A stretch of DNA of 64,000 nt from Asterias rubens. Taxonomy: Eukaryota. Under the pieces are notes generated by a model. The model did no database searches. It saw only the letters and a program-made list of their open reading frames with translations, and was not told the DNA's origin. Positions within the stretch are counted from its first letter, which is position 1. Every line of letters starts with the position of its first letter. A program made the translations under genes and the position numbers. This document shows, in pieces, positions 11,925 to 25,759 of the stretch. Where the stretch lies: NCBI RefSeq assembly GCF_902459465.1, contig NC_047065.1:18972001-19036000 (forward strand), written 5' to 3'.

Positions 11925-12473
11925 AATCACCTGGAAGTGGTATTTTTTCAAAATAAAGCTTTTGTCACTAATATATGTGTTTTGATGAGTGGAATGTGAA
12001 TGAACAGTTAACTAAGGTTTTTAAAAATCAGTTCTTATGTTATTTACAAATTTAAGAGTAGACCCCCACCCGAGAGGGCGTTGTTCGTGACGTAAATCGA
12101 GGCAGACTTTGCATGTAATGCGTAGAGTAAACACAATTGCGAAGTACATGTACGGACCAAGTCGTGAGTTTGTACGTTTCGAAAAAAAAATAGTTTTTTG
12201 TTTTCTTCCGGCAATGCCGACCAGGTGTATTGCTGCTGAATGCAGAAAAACACTTTTTGAAATGTACTTTGCACGTGTGTTTACTATACGCATTGCAGGC
12301 AAAGTCTGCCTCGATTGACGTCACAAAAGGGGTAGGCGGAGTCAGCCCCAAACAACTTTATATGTTTTAAACATATAAATCGTGACAAACAATTACTAAA
12401 ACCATTTTTTTATTGTTCGTAAGCATATATACTCTTATGTTTGAAAGAAAAAGACTTATATTTCCAGGTGACT
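11925..12473. mobile_element. Kolobok-like non-autonomous element (family K4) with THAP-like start
   Basis: TTAA on both sides; TIR a(a/g)tcacctggaa / ttccaggtgact; inner inverted repeats; MPTRCIAAEC at 12214 resembles a THAP-domain N-terminus. Confidence 0.65.
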
Positions 12474-12860
12474 TTAAGTTCAATTATAAGGCACCGTTGG
12501 TAACAGATGATGACGAAAGCGCCCCAAATATATAATGATAATAGATGTACGGGAAAGCGCACAAATTGTGTAATGATATATGATAGATGTTAACGAAAGC
12601 GCCCAAATCGACAACTAGTAAAGGGAAATGTCAATTTAAGTTTTGTTATTGTATGTAGGCCTACTCATTTTTCAACAGAGGCCTCAAGTGAAAGGGGAAC
12701 CATTACATGTCTCTATAACTCCAACGTTTAAATGGTGTTAAATGCCTTTGTATTTTATACCCTCCCACAGTATAAAATGTGTCAAGAGTCAAAATATCCG
12801 ATGACATAATTCTGAGTAAAATGGGTCCCTTTATTTTTGAATGGGGGTGTGTTTGTTCAC

Positions 12861-13765
12861 AATAAAATAAATAATAATAATAAGACTTGTAATGCGCACA
12901 TATCCGCCCTGCTGGGTGTTCAAGGCGCAGTAAAACCAAAAACAAAACAAAAACAAAACAAAAACAAAACACAACACAAAGAAAAAAAGACACAACAAAA
13001 TTGGTCATTGAAAACCTGTGACATAAGATAAGTTTTGAGAAGAGACTTGAATTTTGCAGTACAAAGACAAGATCGAAGATTAAGTGGTAGAGAGTTCCAG
13101 ATGCGTGGCACGGCTGAAGAAAAAGACCTGTCACCCCATGAGTGTCCAGACTTGGGTTCAATGAGGAGAAGCATAGAACTTGATCGAAGATTCCTTGATG
13201 GAGTGTTAACTTGAAGCAGTTCAGAAATATAGTGGGGAGCCTTGCCATTAAGAGCTTTGTGGACAATGAGCATCAGCTTGAAGATGATTCGTTGAGAGAT
13301 AGGGAGCCAGTGTAGTTGTTTCAAAATGGGGGTGATAGAACAGGATTTTCTAGACAGTGTCACAATGCGGGCAGCAGTATTTTGGAGCCGTTGAAGTCTG
13401 GAAATCTGGTTGTTAGGAAGACTGTAGAGAAGAGCATTGCCGTTGTCAAGACGAGAAGTAACAAATGCGTGAATGACCTTTTCAGTGGCGCTTTTGTCCA
13501 AGTACTTGCGAATCTTACCTATATTCCTGATGTGATGTGATATGATGATAAACGAACAATGTTGTTGATGTTTGGCTGAAGTGTCATTGATGAATCAAAA
13601 ATAACCCCTAAGTTCCGAGCTTTCAGCGAGGGAGCTATCACTACTGACTTTCAAAGTGAAAATTTGGTATGAGGCCTAACGTCATAGGATTTCAATTTTA
13701 ATGGGTCTTACATGCCGAGGAGGACATAGTTTATTTCGACAATCAAAATGTCAAATTCAATGCTC
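12861..13765 (-). mobile_element. L2-clade LINE, 5'-truncated (RT C-terminus, 3'UTR and tail)
   Basis: ARNLGVIFDSSM (about 13590-13625) and ORF 12920-13501 with HAFVTSRLDNGNALL, LQNTAARIV, LHWLPI, GDRSFS, WNSLP. (TTA)n tail at 12861-12883. Confidence 0.9.
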
Positions 13766-13824
13766 TGATTCGATATCATTGAAATATCCCCGTTAACAAA
13801 TGTACAGGCCCGTTTTTTTCTCAG

Positions 13825-14964
13825 GTGATGACTTAGATAGAATTCTTGACTGGTCTAAAACATGGCGTCTATTTCTTAACGTTAACAAATGTAGCATTTT
13901 AACCCTGACTCTTAAGAAGAAGCCTGTCAAATTTGATTATACCTTAGGTGATAATATTCTTACTCGTGTTGATGTCCAAAAAGATCTTGGTATTTTTCTT
14001 GACAGCAGACTCACTTTCAACTCGCATGTTAATACTATTATCAAAAAAGCCAATCGCATGAGTGGTTTAGTATGGCGTAACTTTCGCTCCTTAAAGAATG
14101 AGCATGTTTTACGTACCTTGTTTTGTTCTCTCATCAGACCTAATCTTGAATTTTGTACCATTGTATTTAACTCTATTTCAGCCCATCAAGCACATAGACT
14201 AGAGGGAGTTCAGTTACGTTTTCTCAAATTTATTCATAGGACACTAAATAATGGCACTGTTTATAACTTGGATTATCTTGACCTATGTAAAATGTACAGA
14301 CTTCCACCCCTTAGACAGAGAAGAATATTGAATGACTGTCTATTTCTATACAAATCTTTCCACAATCATTTTAGCAACACTGAGTTCAACCCCTTTGCCT
14401 TACATGTTCCTAACCGTAATACTAGACAGTCTATTAAACACATCTTATATGTGCCAAGGAATCGGGTAGATGTGACAAAGCGTGGCTTTTTGTCAAGGAT
14501 TTCCTCCACATATAATAGTATCCATGGTTCTTGTGATGTGTTCGGAGCCCCTTCTCTTAATTCCTTTCGTGTTCAGGTTTTGAGTGCCATATCCTCTTCC
14601 AGTAACTAATGTATACATGTATTTACAGTGTTTTGTTTTATTTTATTTGGTATTGTTTACATCCATTTTTTTTTTTTTTCCCTTGTCTTTTTTATCGTTT
14701 ATTCTGTTTATAATTTATTTTAAATATATTTTCACAGTCGTTCATGGTGGTCTGTTTCTGTTCCCTATTTTATTTTACTTAATCTTTAATGTATGCTTTA
14801 ATTTTCTTTCCTAAGATGATTCTATTTTAATTGTTAACTTTGTACATATCAGATTGTTTTTATATAGGCTATATGAATATTTCTTATTGTTTTTTTTTGT
14901 ATCCTTTCCTGTAATTGGCGGCTCGTCCGCTGTTGGTTTGGTCAATAAATATAAATATAAATAT
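13825..14964 (+). mobile_element. CR1/Jockey-group LINE, 5'-truncated (RT C-terminus, 3'UTR and tail)
   Basis: ORF 13800-14609 with DWSKTWRLFLNVNKC, KDLGIFLDSRLTF, LIRPNLEFC, LEGVQLRF, LRQRR. T-rich 3'UTR and (AATATA)n tail. Confidence 0.88.
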
Positions 14965-15289
14965 ATTGGATAATTTGAATGTTGAAAAATGTTGCCCCAA
15001 AAGTAATGGAATATAATGGCAATACGTCACATTTGAACATCTGGAAGACAATTAGGCTTGTAACTTTCCCCTCACTCACAACAGGACTGTATCTATTGGA
15101 AAGTAAGTACATCACAAAATTGAAGTTGACTTTTCTATTCTTTTTAACGATGGCGAATGTTCATTTGGGAAACATCCATAATTTGAGGAACAACGATTGT
15201 ACGGAAACACGCCTTATTTTAAAGTTGGTCTAAAAAGTATGCCTTTAATTTATATAATAGGATTTGAAACTTTGCATGGTTGAAATACG

Positions 15290-15485
15290 ATATGGAAAGG
15301 TTTGCGGTAACACCATGTAATGACTATCTCTATAATGAGTGGTTCTGAAAAGAACCGTTTCTCCAGAAGACGATCAGAGCATACTGATGATCGGAACGTC
15401 GAGTTAAAACCAACGGTTCTTCTCAGAACCACCCCAACTCATTACAGAGAGTCATTACACGGTGTTACCGCAAACCTTTCCATAT
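15290..15485. mobile_element. Palindromic MITE flanked by TA
   Basis: Perfect 25-bp TIR atatggaaaggtttgcggtaacacc / ggtgttaccgcaaacctttccatat, extending imperfectly to about 75 bp. Confidence 0.8.
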
Positions 15486-17599
15486 TTAATTTATACGTTT
15501 AACCTTTTTTATTGCAGTTCAAATTCAATTTTGCGTCCGGCCGTGACTTTAAGCATGTTTAATGAACCAAAATACAAAATATTACATTCAGCCCTACACA
15601 GGCGCTTGGTAGGCCAATTTTCAGAGACTTTGTGGACGAATTTAATAACGAAATCAGTTTAATAGTTTATGTCAAAGTAAAACAGGTAATGGTGCCTTTA
15701 CCATCACCAACACTTACAACAGAAATCGTTTGACATATTTTGTTGCTGGGCATGTTTTATCGTAATAAAAACGTGTTTATAATACCAGATAAGGTATTAG
15801 GAGTGAACGACATTCTTTCATACTACTGGCCGGTAAAAATCATGCATCGCAACACCACAGACATAACTTAATTATATTGGTTGTTTTCACTAAAAAAGAA
15901 TCACATTATTTGACGTTTTTCATTTTTGAAACTAACTGAAAGGTAATAAGATTAATAAAATAAAATAAACATTATTTCCTTTAAAAACGGAGAGTAAAGT
16001 CCTGTTTAATCATCTACAGAAACCTCGCCATGTTAACACTATGTGACTAAAGGTCTCATTCGTCTGGGCTCTGTGGGTGTGTGGGTGGGGGGTACATCTT
16101 TCAATGCATAATTTAAAACAAATTGAAGTAACTGGTACTGATTTCGAGTTTCTTTTAAATAAAATCTATTACATGTGTTGAGCTTGTCCAATATTGTTTT
16201 ACAAACACAGATTTGTATCATGCCTTTAAAGTACAACTTTTAAAGTACAATACATTTTTTGTACTTCAGAGATTAGGGCTAAAAAAACCTTTTAGAAACC
16301 TAACGAATGAAACAAAAAGACCTCGAAGCGAGTTAACCCACAGCACCCACAGCGATTGCCGTAGTTTTGCCGTGCTTTTGCCGTGGTGCCCTTTGAAAGG
16401 GCGAAGTTCAAAGCTGTGTATTTGCTGTGAAAATAATAATAATAATTAACCATTCTTATACACGCATAACACATAGAAATCAAACATGTCCCTAAGTGCT
16501 CTTGAGAAAAACACAACAGAATACAACGACAAGATGTACTGGGTAACAAATAAAATGGATGAATTAAATGTTAAATAAGTGCGTCTTTAAAGCAATCTTA
16601 AACTTAATAATGGAGTCAATGTTTTGTATATGTTCTGGGAGACTGTTCCATAAGGTTGATTTGGTCATCACTGGTGGAATAACAAACAATTTTTCTTTTT
16701 AGAACGAAGATTTCTAGAAGGTGTGTACAATGTTAACAGCTTTGATATGGAGGCGCAAAATCAATAAAAAAAACATTCATAAGACCGTGGCATGACTGTA
16801 CGTGTAGTTTTACAACATACAATGCTAAAAACCTGAATTGTTTATTGATTCACAAACGTTTTACTTTAGTTTTGTAAGAAGGGTGATGAAACGATGTTTA
16901 TGAAACACCTATTTCGTAGTGTTTTACTAATAAAGGGGAATATAGTTTTGTAAAGTTTGTAAAGTTCAACATGAAACTTGTTTTTCGTATTGTAGACATT
17001 CAAGTTTTTATTTGCGGTATTTAGATAACAAAAACAAAAGTAATGCTTGCTTCCTATTTTGTGTAATGCATCGTCATGATTATTTTTGGCTTGCTGTTAG
17101 TATGACACAATGGAACAATGGGCCTTCAAAGTGTTCTTTGTTTAACTTGAACCACAGAACAGATGTTTCTGGAAAGATACTAACGAGCCCCCACAAATCA
17201 GATCCGAAAGATTGCGTAGGTTTGTGTGGGCGTGTACACTCACTCATTCATACCTCTAAAGGTGGGGCAACTTCCAACTCGAAAAACTAATGACAAAAAA
17301 CAACTTTCTTGGTCTTCAGCATTGAATCTGTTGGTAGTATAAACTGTTTACTTTCACCGAAAAACATTTGTATGTAAAATGACTCACGCATAAATCGTTT
17401 GTCAGATATCTGATGGTTGATGTCTGTGTGTGAATGCTGCGGCTGGTGCCCGCTGTCACCTCGCTACACCGGTCCTGGAATCCCAAGATGTTCTTGCGAA
17501 AACAAAGTGACAGTTTTGCTCTGTTTTCTCAGCAAGGAGTCACTGTTTTCAGCTTTTGTGACTGGAGTCTTCTGTTGTTGTACATTTTTGAACAATTTG

Positions 17600-17900
17600 G
17601 TCTGTAGACGATGTGACCTGTGACATCACATGTTTACAAAAGAGCCACAGAGCCTGGACTTCCTGCAGGCACGATTTGTATACAGCCTAATGGAAGAAAA
17701 CATAAAATATTATATTTTATGCAGATTGCATTGTCTAAGCCTTATAAACTTTTGATATGATGAAAGGGGGCCAGCTTTTACTTTTATAATTCTTGAATTT
17801 TTGTGGAAACAATGACACAAAATGTCAACTCTCACATAGGACCTATGCAGTATCTTGCCTGCCAGAATTCTCAAAGAATTTACACGGTCACACTTGTTGT
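17600..17900. repeat. Dispersed repeat with an inverted copy at about 62250-62500
   Basis: gtgacctgtgacatcacatgtttacaaaagagccacagagcctggacttcctgcaggca is the near reverse complement of 62436-62495; further blocks match 62265-62330. Confidence 0.7.
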
Positions 17901-18077
17901 TAACAATGTTCACATGGTCTATATATTTTTTGGAAAGACTCTTTCAGTTCCGGTATAACTAAGTTAATAGTTTTCTCTAACAAGGGGACGGGACAATCTT
18001 TTGAGACTATCAAAAAGAGTTTTAACTATTTAGTTAATTGTTTTGTTTACACACTAATCATGTCCGCCTTTTTGGGA

Positions 18078-18400
18078 GTAATAATAATAACCGTATTTAT
18101 ACGCGCCTTTTGCCAAAGGATACAAAGCACCGGGTATTTAACTGCAAGATGGGTGGGACGAAGTTTGAATTATAAGACCTAATCCTTTGTACCATGTAAT
18201 GGTTTACAAGGTGCTATGGCACTAGTTGCTGCCAATCCAGCCAGGAACACCGGGGCGAACCCCTTCTCTTTTCGATAGAAGTGCACTGGGTTCGTTTACA
18301 TGCGTTTACACAACACATGGGACCAACGGCTTAACGTCCAATCCGAAGGACGAAGCAATGGTTAAGTGTCTTGCTCAAAGATACACCATGTCACGGCTGG
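18078..18400 (-). mobile_element. SINE with Deu/Nin-like central domain and LINE-derived tail
   Basis: gggttcgtttacatgcg...acatgggaccaacggcttaacgtccaatccgaaggacg resembles the Deu domain (recalled, not searched). L2-like 3' end and (TTA)n tail at about 18078-18125. Confidence 0.5.
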
Positions 18401-18415
18401 TTCCTAGCAAAAAAA

Positions 18416-18460
<45 letters not shown>

Positions 18461-19054
18461 GTTCCAAGTGGTGTATGCGATCCCGGTATGCCATTATTGT
18501 ATTTCACAGTATGCCTTGCTCAATCGCTACCATTGGTGTGTTTTCGCGGTCGTAACCAATAACTTGGTTGAAATTACCCTTTGGTTAAATCACTGGTCAA
18601 TTCGCCTGACACACAAGGCCTGAAGGCCATTTCGAGGTGTGGGCTACAATTATACTTTCCAGAGGCCGTTGCCACCTACTCCTAAGGCTGAAACAGGGTT
18701 ACCCCTTTCACAGTCCATACGAATGTTGGCTTGGGTATCATCAATTCGAAGCCTGGCCGGTAGAGCAGAAAGCACTACATCCCCAAATTTATGTAGCAAG
18801 TGTTACGACCGCCTAAACGCTTCTCTGGAAGTGTGACTTTGAAATGTTCAAGTATATTAGATAAGTGAAGAATTAGCCCGAGGTTGATCCATTCGGTGTT
18901 AGAGACAACGCAAAGTGCGCACTAATAAGACACATACATTCAAAGAGTAGCTCACTCTTTCTTTACAATCTTTTAATAGTAGTAGGCTTAGTTGTTTGTC
19001 AGTAATTGTTATCTAATGTTACTTTTTTATATAATTTTGTAGTGTGCGGTTGAT

Positions 19055-19094
<40 letters not shown>

Positions 19095-19129
19095 GTTAAA
19101 ATAAATTGTGTATAATTTGCAGATCAAAC

Positions 19130-19326
19130 ATGGATGGAAATCCGTTCCGTGTGCGAGGGCGAGCCGATCACAACGGCGGTCAAGACAGACGATTCAACGG
19201 CCAAGGTAATCGACACGATGCAGATAATCCTGATCGTAACCGCAGACAGGACAATGGGCGTGGTCAAGGAAGAGGACAAGGGCGTGGTCAAGGGCGTGGT
19301 CAAGGAAGAGGACAAGGCTATGCGAG
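19130..19326 (+). CDS. ZNFX1: ZNFX1 gene B, first coding exon (GRGQ repeats)
   Basis: Acceptor ttgcAG at 19121-19122 after a poly-T tract; ATG at 19130; (GRGQ)x5; donor GAG|GTCAGA at 19327. Phase 2; AG+A joins in frame to 20425. Confidence 0.82.
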
Positions 19327-19481
19327 GTCAGATTTATGTACACGAAAATCAATTTCGTTCATCATATTAAGATCGGCATAAGAATTCTTGATAACACAAA
19401 CTTTTGATTGCTGATACCACTGTAGCTTTGATTCAATTACACGTAAATGAATACACATGACTGTTTGTTTCGTTGTGTTAA

Positions 19482-20384
19482 AGGCACCGGACACTATTTG
19501 GTAATTACTCAAAATAGTTGTCAGCATATAACGAGCAATGAAGAGATTCAATGTTCAATAATAAACGTTTATTCCATACTCTTGTTGAAAAAAAATACAA
19601 TTGTTGATAGTATACAAATATTGACTGCTTCGAGTGCTATGGTTAAAACTATGACTCCTGAGGTGATCCCCGGAGCGTTCTATTTTCCTGAGGCAAAGCC
19701 GAGGGGAAATAGAACGCTACGGGGATCACCGAGGAAGTCATAGTGTTAACCATTGCACGAGTAAAAAGCAGTCAATATTTGTTTTATAACTCCCCAAACA
19801 TTTCTCTAAAAGCTGTACTATTATTATTAAGTACAGACCTGAATGCTACAATCCACGGACGACGCGAATACAGATTGCAAAAACTTTTACTATACTTTGC
19901 TGCATGTAGTGTCGTGCAATCCAAAATGGTAACAGACTATTAATTTATCATCCTCGTACACGCAACGGACGTCTGGGTACTGCACGCCGTGTGCTAGTCT
20001 TCGGACTAGCGCACGGTAAACCGACGCACTATCACACGGCCGTCGTCTAGCAAAACTAAGACATGTCATGTGATGCGCTCTAAACCAATGAGCAGGCAGA
20101 ATACTTGTGAGGGGTGTTATAATATACATTATTGTGATAAACGACTGCCTCTGAAGTGACATGGTTTTCCGAGGAGTTAATTACTCACTCAAATAATAAA
20201 AACTTCAGCTGAAGCCTTCTATTCATGCATTTGGAAGCACAAAAGCTAATGCAACACGGGTGTTTTTTCTTTGATTATTTTCGTCAAAATTTTTGGACTA
20301 TATGACCCCAAATGCTCATGGGTTATGATTTATATTTGGGTACACCTAGTGATGACATTAACTAAATAATCCAGTGTCCAGTGC
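19482..20384. mobile_element. K1-like MITE in the gene B intron, interrupted by a nested insertion containing a hairpin
   Basis: ttaaaggcaccggacac start and gtgtccagtgcatttaa end. Non-K1 sequence at about 19560-20110. Confidence 0.6.
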
Positions 20385-20424
20385 ATTTAAACCGATCTTC
20401 CATTTCACTTATTTCACCATACAG

Positions 20425-23400
20425 AAATGATCATCACAACCAACTTGGTCGCCCAGACGGTCCACCACGACAGCAAACCAATCAGAGAGAACGCCCCTCG
20501 AGACCTCCAGGGTTTAAGAAGCTTGAATCTTTGCTGTCAGTCGATCCCGCAGTGGTAGTACAAGAGTTGAATTCATTTGGTAAAGGGTTCGAGAGTTTAC
20601 TGAACGAACGGGCGATACGTCGTGACATGATGGCTCTACTCATCGAGGTGCTGGGTAAAGTATGCGATTGTACTACCTCACCACAGTCTGTCATTAGGGT
20701 CCTGACTATTGTAGTTGACGTTGACTTTCTATCCCGAAACCTCACCAAATACATCTATAGCATGATGACTGAATATGACCCCAGGTTCTTAGCTAAAACA
20801 TCAGATCAGATCAACTTGATACTGAAGCTGATGAAATCTCTTGTGCAGCGAGTCAAGACTAGCATCAAAGACGTACAGGTTGTGCTGACCGTCATTGAGG
20901 CAGTTGCAAAGGGTCTAGGAATGAGAGGGTTCCCTTTGAGCGAAGATGCTGAAGTATTGCTAGTGGAGCTGCAGGCATTGTCAGCGCAGATTCAAGAAGA
21001 ACTTGCCCTGAAGAACACACGTCAAAGAAGAGGACAAGAAGGCCCACCGCCAAATGACTTCAGGGAGATCCCAATTTTCCCAAGTATTGAGGAAATCAAC
21101 ACCAATGCTGAGCCATACTTGAGACATAATGTGGTGAAAGGACGATACGAGGATCTTAACCATTACCTAGATGTTCAGTTCCGTCTGTTGCGACAGGACT
21201 TCCTGGAGCCTTTGAGGCTCGGGATCGCTCAGTATCTACTTCTTCAGGATGAGAATGGAAAGAAGAGCAAGGTGAAAGACATTCGAATTTACCATGACGT
21301 GAGGGTTCACTTTCCTATCTGCACCAACGAGGGGATAACTCACCGTGTTAGCTTCGATGTCACCAAGTTTGGGAAGATAAGGTGGCAGGCCACAAAGCGG
21401 CTAACCTACGGTGCATTGGTTTGCTTGTCCAATGATGACTTCAAGACGGTAATTGTCTTTGCAACAGTCGCCAACAGGAAACCAGAGCACCTGCAAGAGG
21501 GTTTGGTAGACTTAAGATTTCAAGACATGGGGCAGCTTGCAGATATTAAATCCTCAGATAAGTTCATCATGGCCGAGTCCTCTGCTTACTTTGAGGCTTA
21601 CCGTCATGTCTTGGAGGGTCTTCAAGAAGTAAGAGGCAACAGCCTACCACTGCAACGCTACATCATTGACGTCTCCAGCGATGTGAATCCCCCGCGGTAT
21701 CTTCACAGAAACAGAGCTGCAACCTATGACCTGTCACCATTGACAGCTGAAAGTCCGGAGGAAGAAGTTGTCTTGGGGCTTCGCAGTCTAAATTTGAGGA
21801 GGACAAATCCTCGAGCAAAGGCTGTGCAGGTTCTGAGTGAAGCAAGCTGGCCACGAGCAGATGTTTTGCAGTTCGATGAATCACAGATGGAAGCGGTTCG
21901 GGCAGCTCTCACGCAGGAAATAGCCGTCATTCAGGGGCCGCCTGGTACAGGTAAAACATACATCGGCCTGAAGATTGTGCGGGCTCTGTTGCACAACATG
22001 TCTGTGTGGAACGAGGAAGAAGATGAGAGTCCAATCCTAGTGGTTTGCTATACAAACCACGCCCTTGATCAATTTCTTGAAGGCATATTAGAGTTCAATC
22101 AAAACATCGTCCGGGTCGGAGGAAGGAGTAACAGCGAGGACATGAAGAACAAGAATCTGAACTTCTTAAAGAGAGAGGAGCGCCGGCGCAGGAAAGTCCA
22201 GGTAGCAATTCATCGTCGAACAACAGAGGTGCTAAGGGAAATGTACACTCTTCGCCAGCACATGGAGGCATCTCAACATAAAGTAGAGAAAAGTATGAAT
22301 GGGATAATCAGTGAATTGTACCTGGAACAGTTTATGACGAAAGATCACTACGCAACTCTCATGGTTGACTTGGGTTATCCACTTCAGTCGTCTCGTATAT
22401 TAGAATGGTTGGGTGTAGGTGGTGGTAACTTTCGTGTTGCAGGGAATGATCAAGGTCTAGCTGCTGCTGCTGCGATGTGGCAAACAGAACCAGATGAAGC
22501 GGAGCAACAAGAAGATGATGAGATAGAAGTAGATGAAGAGGCAGACATCTTAGCTGAGCAACGGATTCTTGATGATGACGATGATGACCTCTTCAACTTA
22601 GATCAGGACGCCCCGCAAGAAAATCACGTGGTCCTTGATTTAAATGATCTTGACAGGGAAGAAGGTAACGTCATCAATCCAGAACAGTGGCAGTACCAGA
22701 GCAAACAAAAGAAGAGGATGAAGAGAATGCTTCAACATAATCTTCGCAAACCTGACAGAATGACAAAAGAACAAGCTGAAAGAATTCATAATGTGTGGAC
22801 AGTGAGACTTATTGAAGACAGATGGCAGCTTTACCGCTACTGGGTGTCGGAGTACTGCAGCTCGGAGCGCAGAAGGATGGAAGTGATTCAAGGGAAATAT
22901 GAAAATCTCTCCCAGGAACTAAGGGAGGTTCGAGTAGAGGAGGACCTGGCAATTCTCCGTCGTGCTAATGTTATCGGTATGACAACAACAGGAGCTGCAA
23001 AGCACAGGAATGTTCTCCATCGTGTTGGCCCTAAGATTGTGGTTGTTGAGGAGGCAGCTGAAGTCTTGGAATCACATATTATAACGACACTGAGTGCGGA
23101 ATGTCAGCATCTTATACTCATAGGTGATCACCAGCAACTGAGACCCAACCCAACTGTCTACCGGCTGGCGAAAGACTTCAACCTTGACATTTCACTTTTT
23201 GAGAGGATGCTTAAAAATGGTGTCCCCTGTAAGACACTAGTTGAGCAGCACCGAATGCGCCCTGAGATCTCGTCAATAATGAAAAACCACTTCTACTCAA
23301 ATCTTCTTGACCATGGCGTTGTCAAAAATTATCCCAAGGTTGCAGGAGTCAGATCTGATGTGTTTTTCTTGGACCATGATATTGCCGAGCAGCATGTGGA

Positions 23401-25759
23401 TGACTCGATGAGCAAGTCGAACCTACACGAGGCTGACTTCTTGGCAGCTTTCTGCAAGTACATTATACAGCAGGGGCAGTACCAACCATCGCAGATCACT
23501 ATCCTAACTACGTATGTTGGTCAACTCTTTAACTTCAGAAAGCTCTTGAAACGTTCTGTGTTTAGTGGTGTGCGGGTCTGTGCAGTCGACAACTTCCAAG
23601 GAGAAGAAAATGACATCATCTTGTTATCTTTGGTCCGTAGCAATCAGGAAGGTCAAATTGGTTTTCTGAAGGTATCTAACCGAATGTGCGTGGCGTTGTC
23701 CAGAGCCAGACATGGCTTTTATTGTATAGGCAATTTTCAAGCTCTTGCTCATGGGAGTGCACTTTGGAGTGATATCGTTCATGAAGTAACAACTAAAGGA
23801 ATACTGGGGAAACACTTGGAATTGGTTTGTCATAATCACCCTGAGAAAATGTCCCGGGTACGCATGAAGGAAGACTTTTTGAACGTTGCTGAGGGAGGTT
23901 GCAACAAGCCCTGCGAGTACCGACTCAACTGTGGTCACAGTTGCACCATGTTATGCCATCCGACCGATCTCGACCACAAAGAATTCAAGTGTATGAAGTC
24001 CTGTAATAAGGTACTGATTTGTGGACATAAATGTGATCAGCTATGCTTCAATAACTGTGGCAAATGCAATACCAAAGTAAACAAGACGTTACCATGCGGG
24101 CATCAGAAGAAGATTCCGTGCTATCAGAATCCAGACTCGGCCACTTGCAAAGAACAATGCACCGAAAGACTTGCCTGTGGACACATATGCCAGAAGTTAT
24201 GCGGCCAAGAGTGTACTGTCCTCTGTGTTAAAACTACCTTTCGCAGCAACTGGCCTTGTAAACACATGGTGGGCGTAAAATGCAGCGATGGTCCGGAGGA
24301 CTGTCCAGAGCCATGCACAGCTGTGCTGAAATGTTCTCACGTGTGTACGGGCACTTGCGGCTCCTGCACACGAGGTCGGCTGCATAAGCAATGCTCTAAG
24401 AGTTGCGGTCGCACTTTAGTCTGCGGGCATGCATGTGATGCCCTGTGCACGAAAAACTGCCCTCCATGCAACAAGAAGTGTCATAATAGGTGTGTCCATA
24501 GTATATGCCCAAATCGCTGTGGCGAACCATGCAAGCCTTGTCAGGAGCCATGTGCCTGGCAATGTCGCCACCACGAGTGTCGCAAGAAATGCAGCGAGGT
24601 TTGTGACAGGCTACCATGCAACATTCCTTGTAATAAGAGGCTCAAGTGCGGTCACCCTTGTATTGGTCTTTGTGGGGAGCCATGTCCAAAGAAATGTCGT
24701 GAATGTGACAGAGAAGAGGTGACAACTGTTGTGTTTGGACCGGAAGACGAACCAGATGCTCGATTTGTTGAGCTTGAAGATTGTAAACACATCGTGGAAG
24801 TGGGAAGTCTTGACCATTGGATGAGTTTACAGACTGAGAAAGGTCAGATAAAGTTAAAGGTTTGTCCGCTTTGCAAAACTCCAATTCGGCGCAATCTGCG
24901 CTACGGTAGCATCGTAAACGCTGTACTCAATGACATAGAAACCGTCAAGGCTCGTATGTTTGGGGACAGAGTGGCCATTGCAACCAAACGACGGCAGGTA
25001 GCTCGCAGTGTTTTTCAACAGAGAAGCTCTATACCAAACGGGGTCGCCGATGACTTTAAAGAGCAGATGGAATCCCAGCTAAGCCTTGGGGAACTGACCT
25101 GCATTGAGAACAAGTTAAATATCCTGGTTGCCATAGAAAAGGCAAAGAAAAGAGCAGAGGATACAGATTGCAGGTTCGAAAAGGAGAAAAAGCAAATGAA
25201 ACAAGACCTCGTGCAATTGCAGTATTGGCTGCTGAAACCTCGCATGTATCTCAGCGATCAAGAGTTAGATGATTGCAGCAACGAAGAACATCGCCTCTCA
25301 CTGTGTCTTAGTCTGTTCCAAGTTAAAAGCAGGCTCCCACCTTCAGAGTTAAAGAGTGCAACCTTAAAGATTGCCGAAGATTTACTGTTGGGCGGAAGGG
25401 CTTTGGAGGAGAACAGCAGGAAGACTGTGCGAACTTTTTTGAACGAGTTGAAGAGAAAACATACTCCTCTGTGCATATCAGACGAAGAGCGAGTGATGAT
25501 CTTAAAAGCTATGGATCTTACGAAAGGCCACTGGTTCAAGTGTCCCAATGGTCACGTTTACGCGATTGGAGAATGTGGCGGGGCTACTGAGGAATCCACC
25601 TGTCCCGATTGCGGTGCAAACATTGGGGGTCTCGGCCATCGACTGGACTCGAGAAATGCACTGGCGTCTGAAATGGACGGGGCTACGCATCCATCGTTTG
25701 GAACAGTTGCTAACAACATGAACAATTTCGACCTGCTCAACGTTCCTGATGATATCTAG
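20425..25759 (+). CDS. ZNFX1: ZNFX1 gene B, large coding exon: helical N-domain, SF1 helicase, about 10 NF-X1-type fingers, RING-like finger, helical region, RZ finger
   Basis: Intact ORF with QGPPGTGKT, VVCYTNHALDQFLEG, VEEAAEV, LIGDHQQL, QHRMRPEIS, VDNFQGEENDIILLSLVRSN, NRMCVALSRAR, EDCKH...CPLC and GHWFKCPNGHVYAIGECGGATEESTCPDC. Acceptor catacAG at 20423-20424. Spliced product about 1843 aa. Confidence 0.96.

Noticed and set aside
12703-13266. 187-aa ORF as a membrane protein
   Set aside because: Off-frame read of the L2 fragment and its (GTTTT)n microsatellite.
18415-19089. Poly-A (about 18415-18458) and poly-T (about 19058-19089) runs as ends of a retrocopy or inverted element
   Set aside because: No target-site duplication or ORF was found. 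The poly-T is adequately explained as the polypyrimidine tract of the gene B acceptor.
20381-20424. GTG start of the 1792-aa ORF as the real start of gene B (likewise 42418 for C and 58785 for D)
   Set aside because: These are intronic or internal positions. Strong acceptors and phase-matched upstream exons supply the N-termini.
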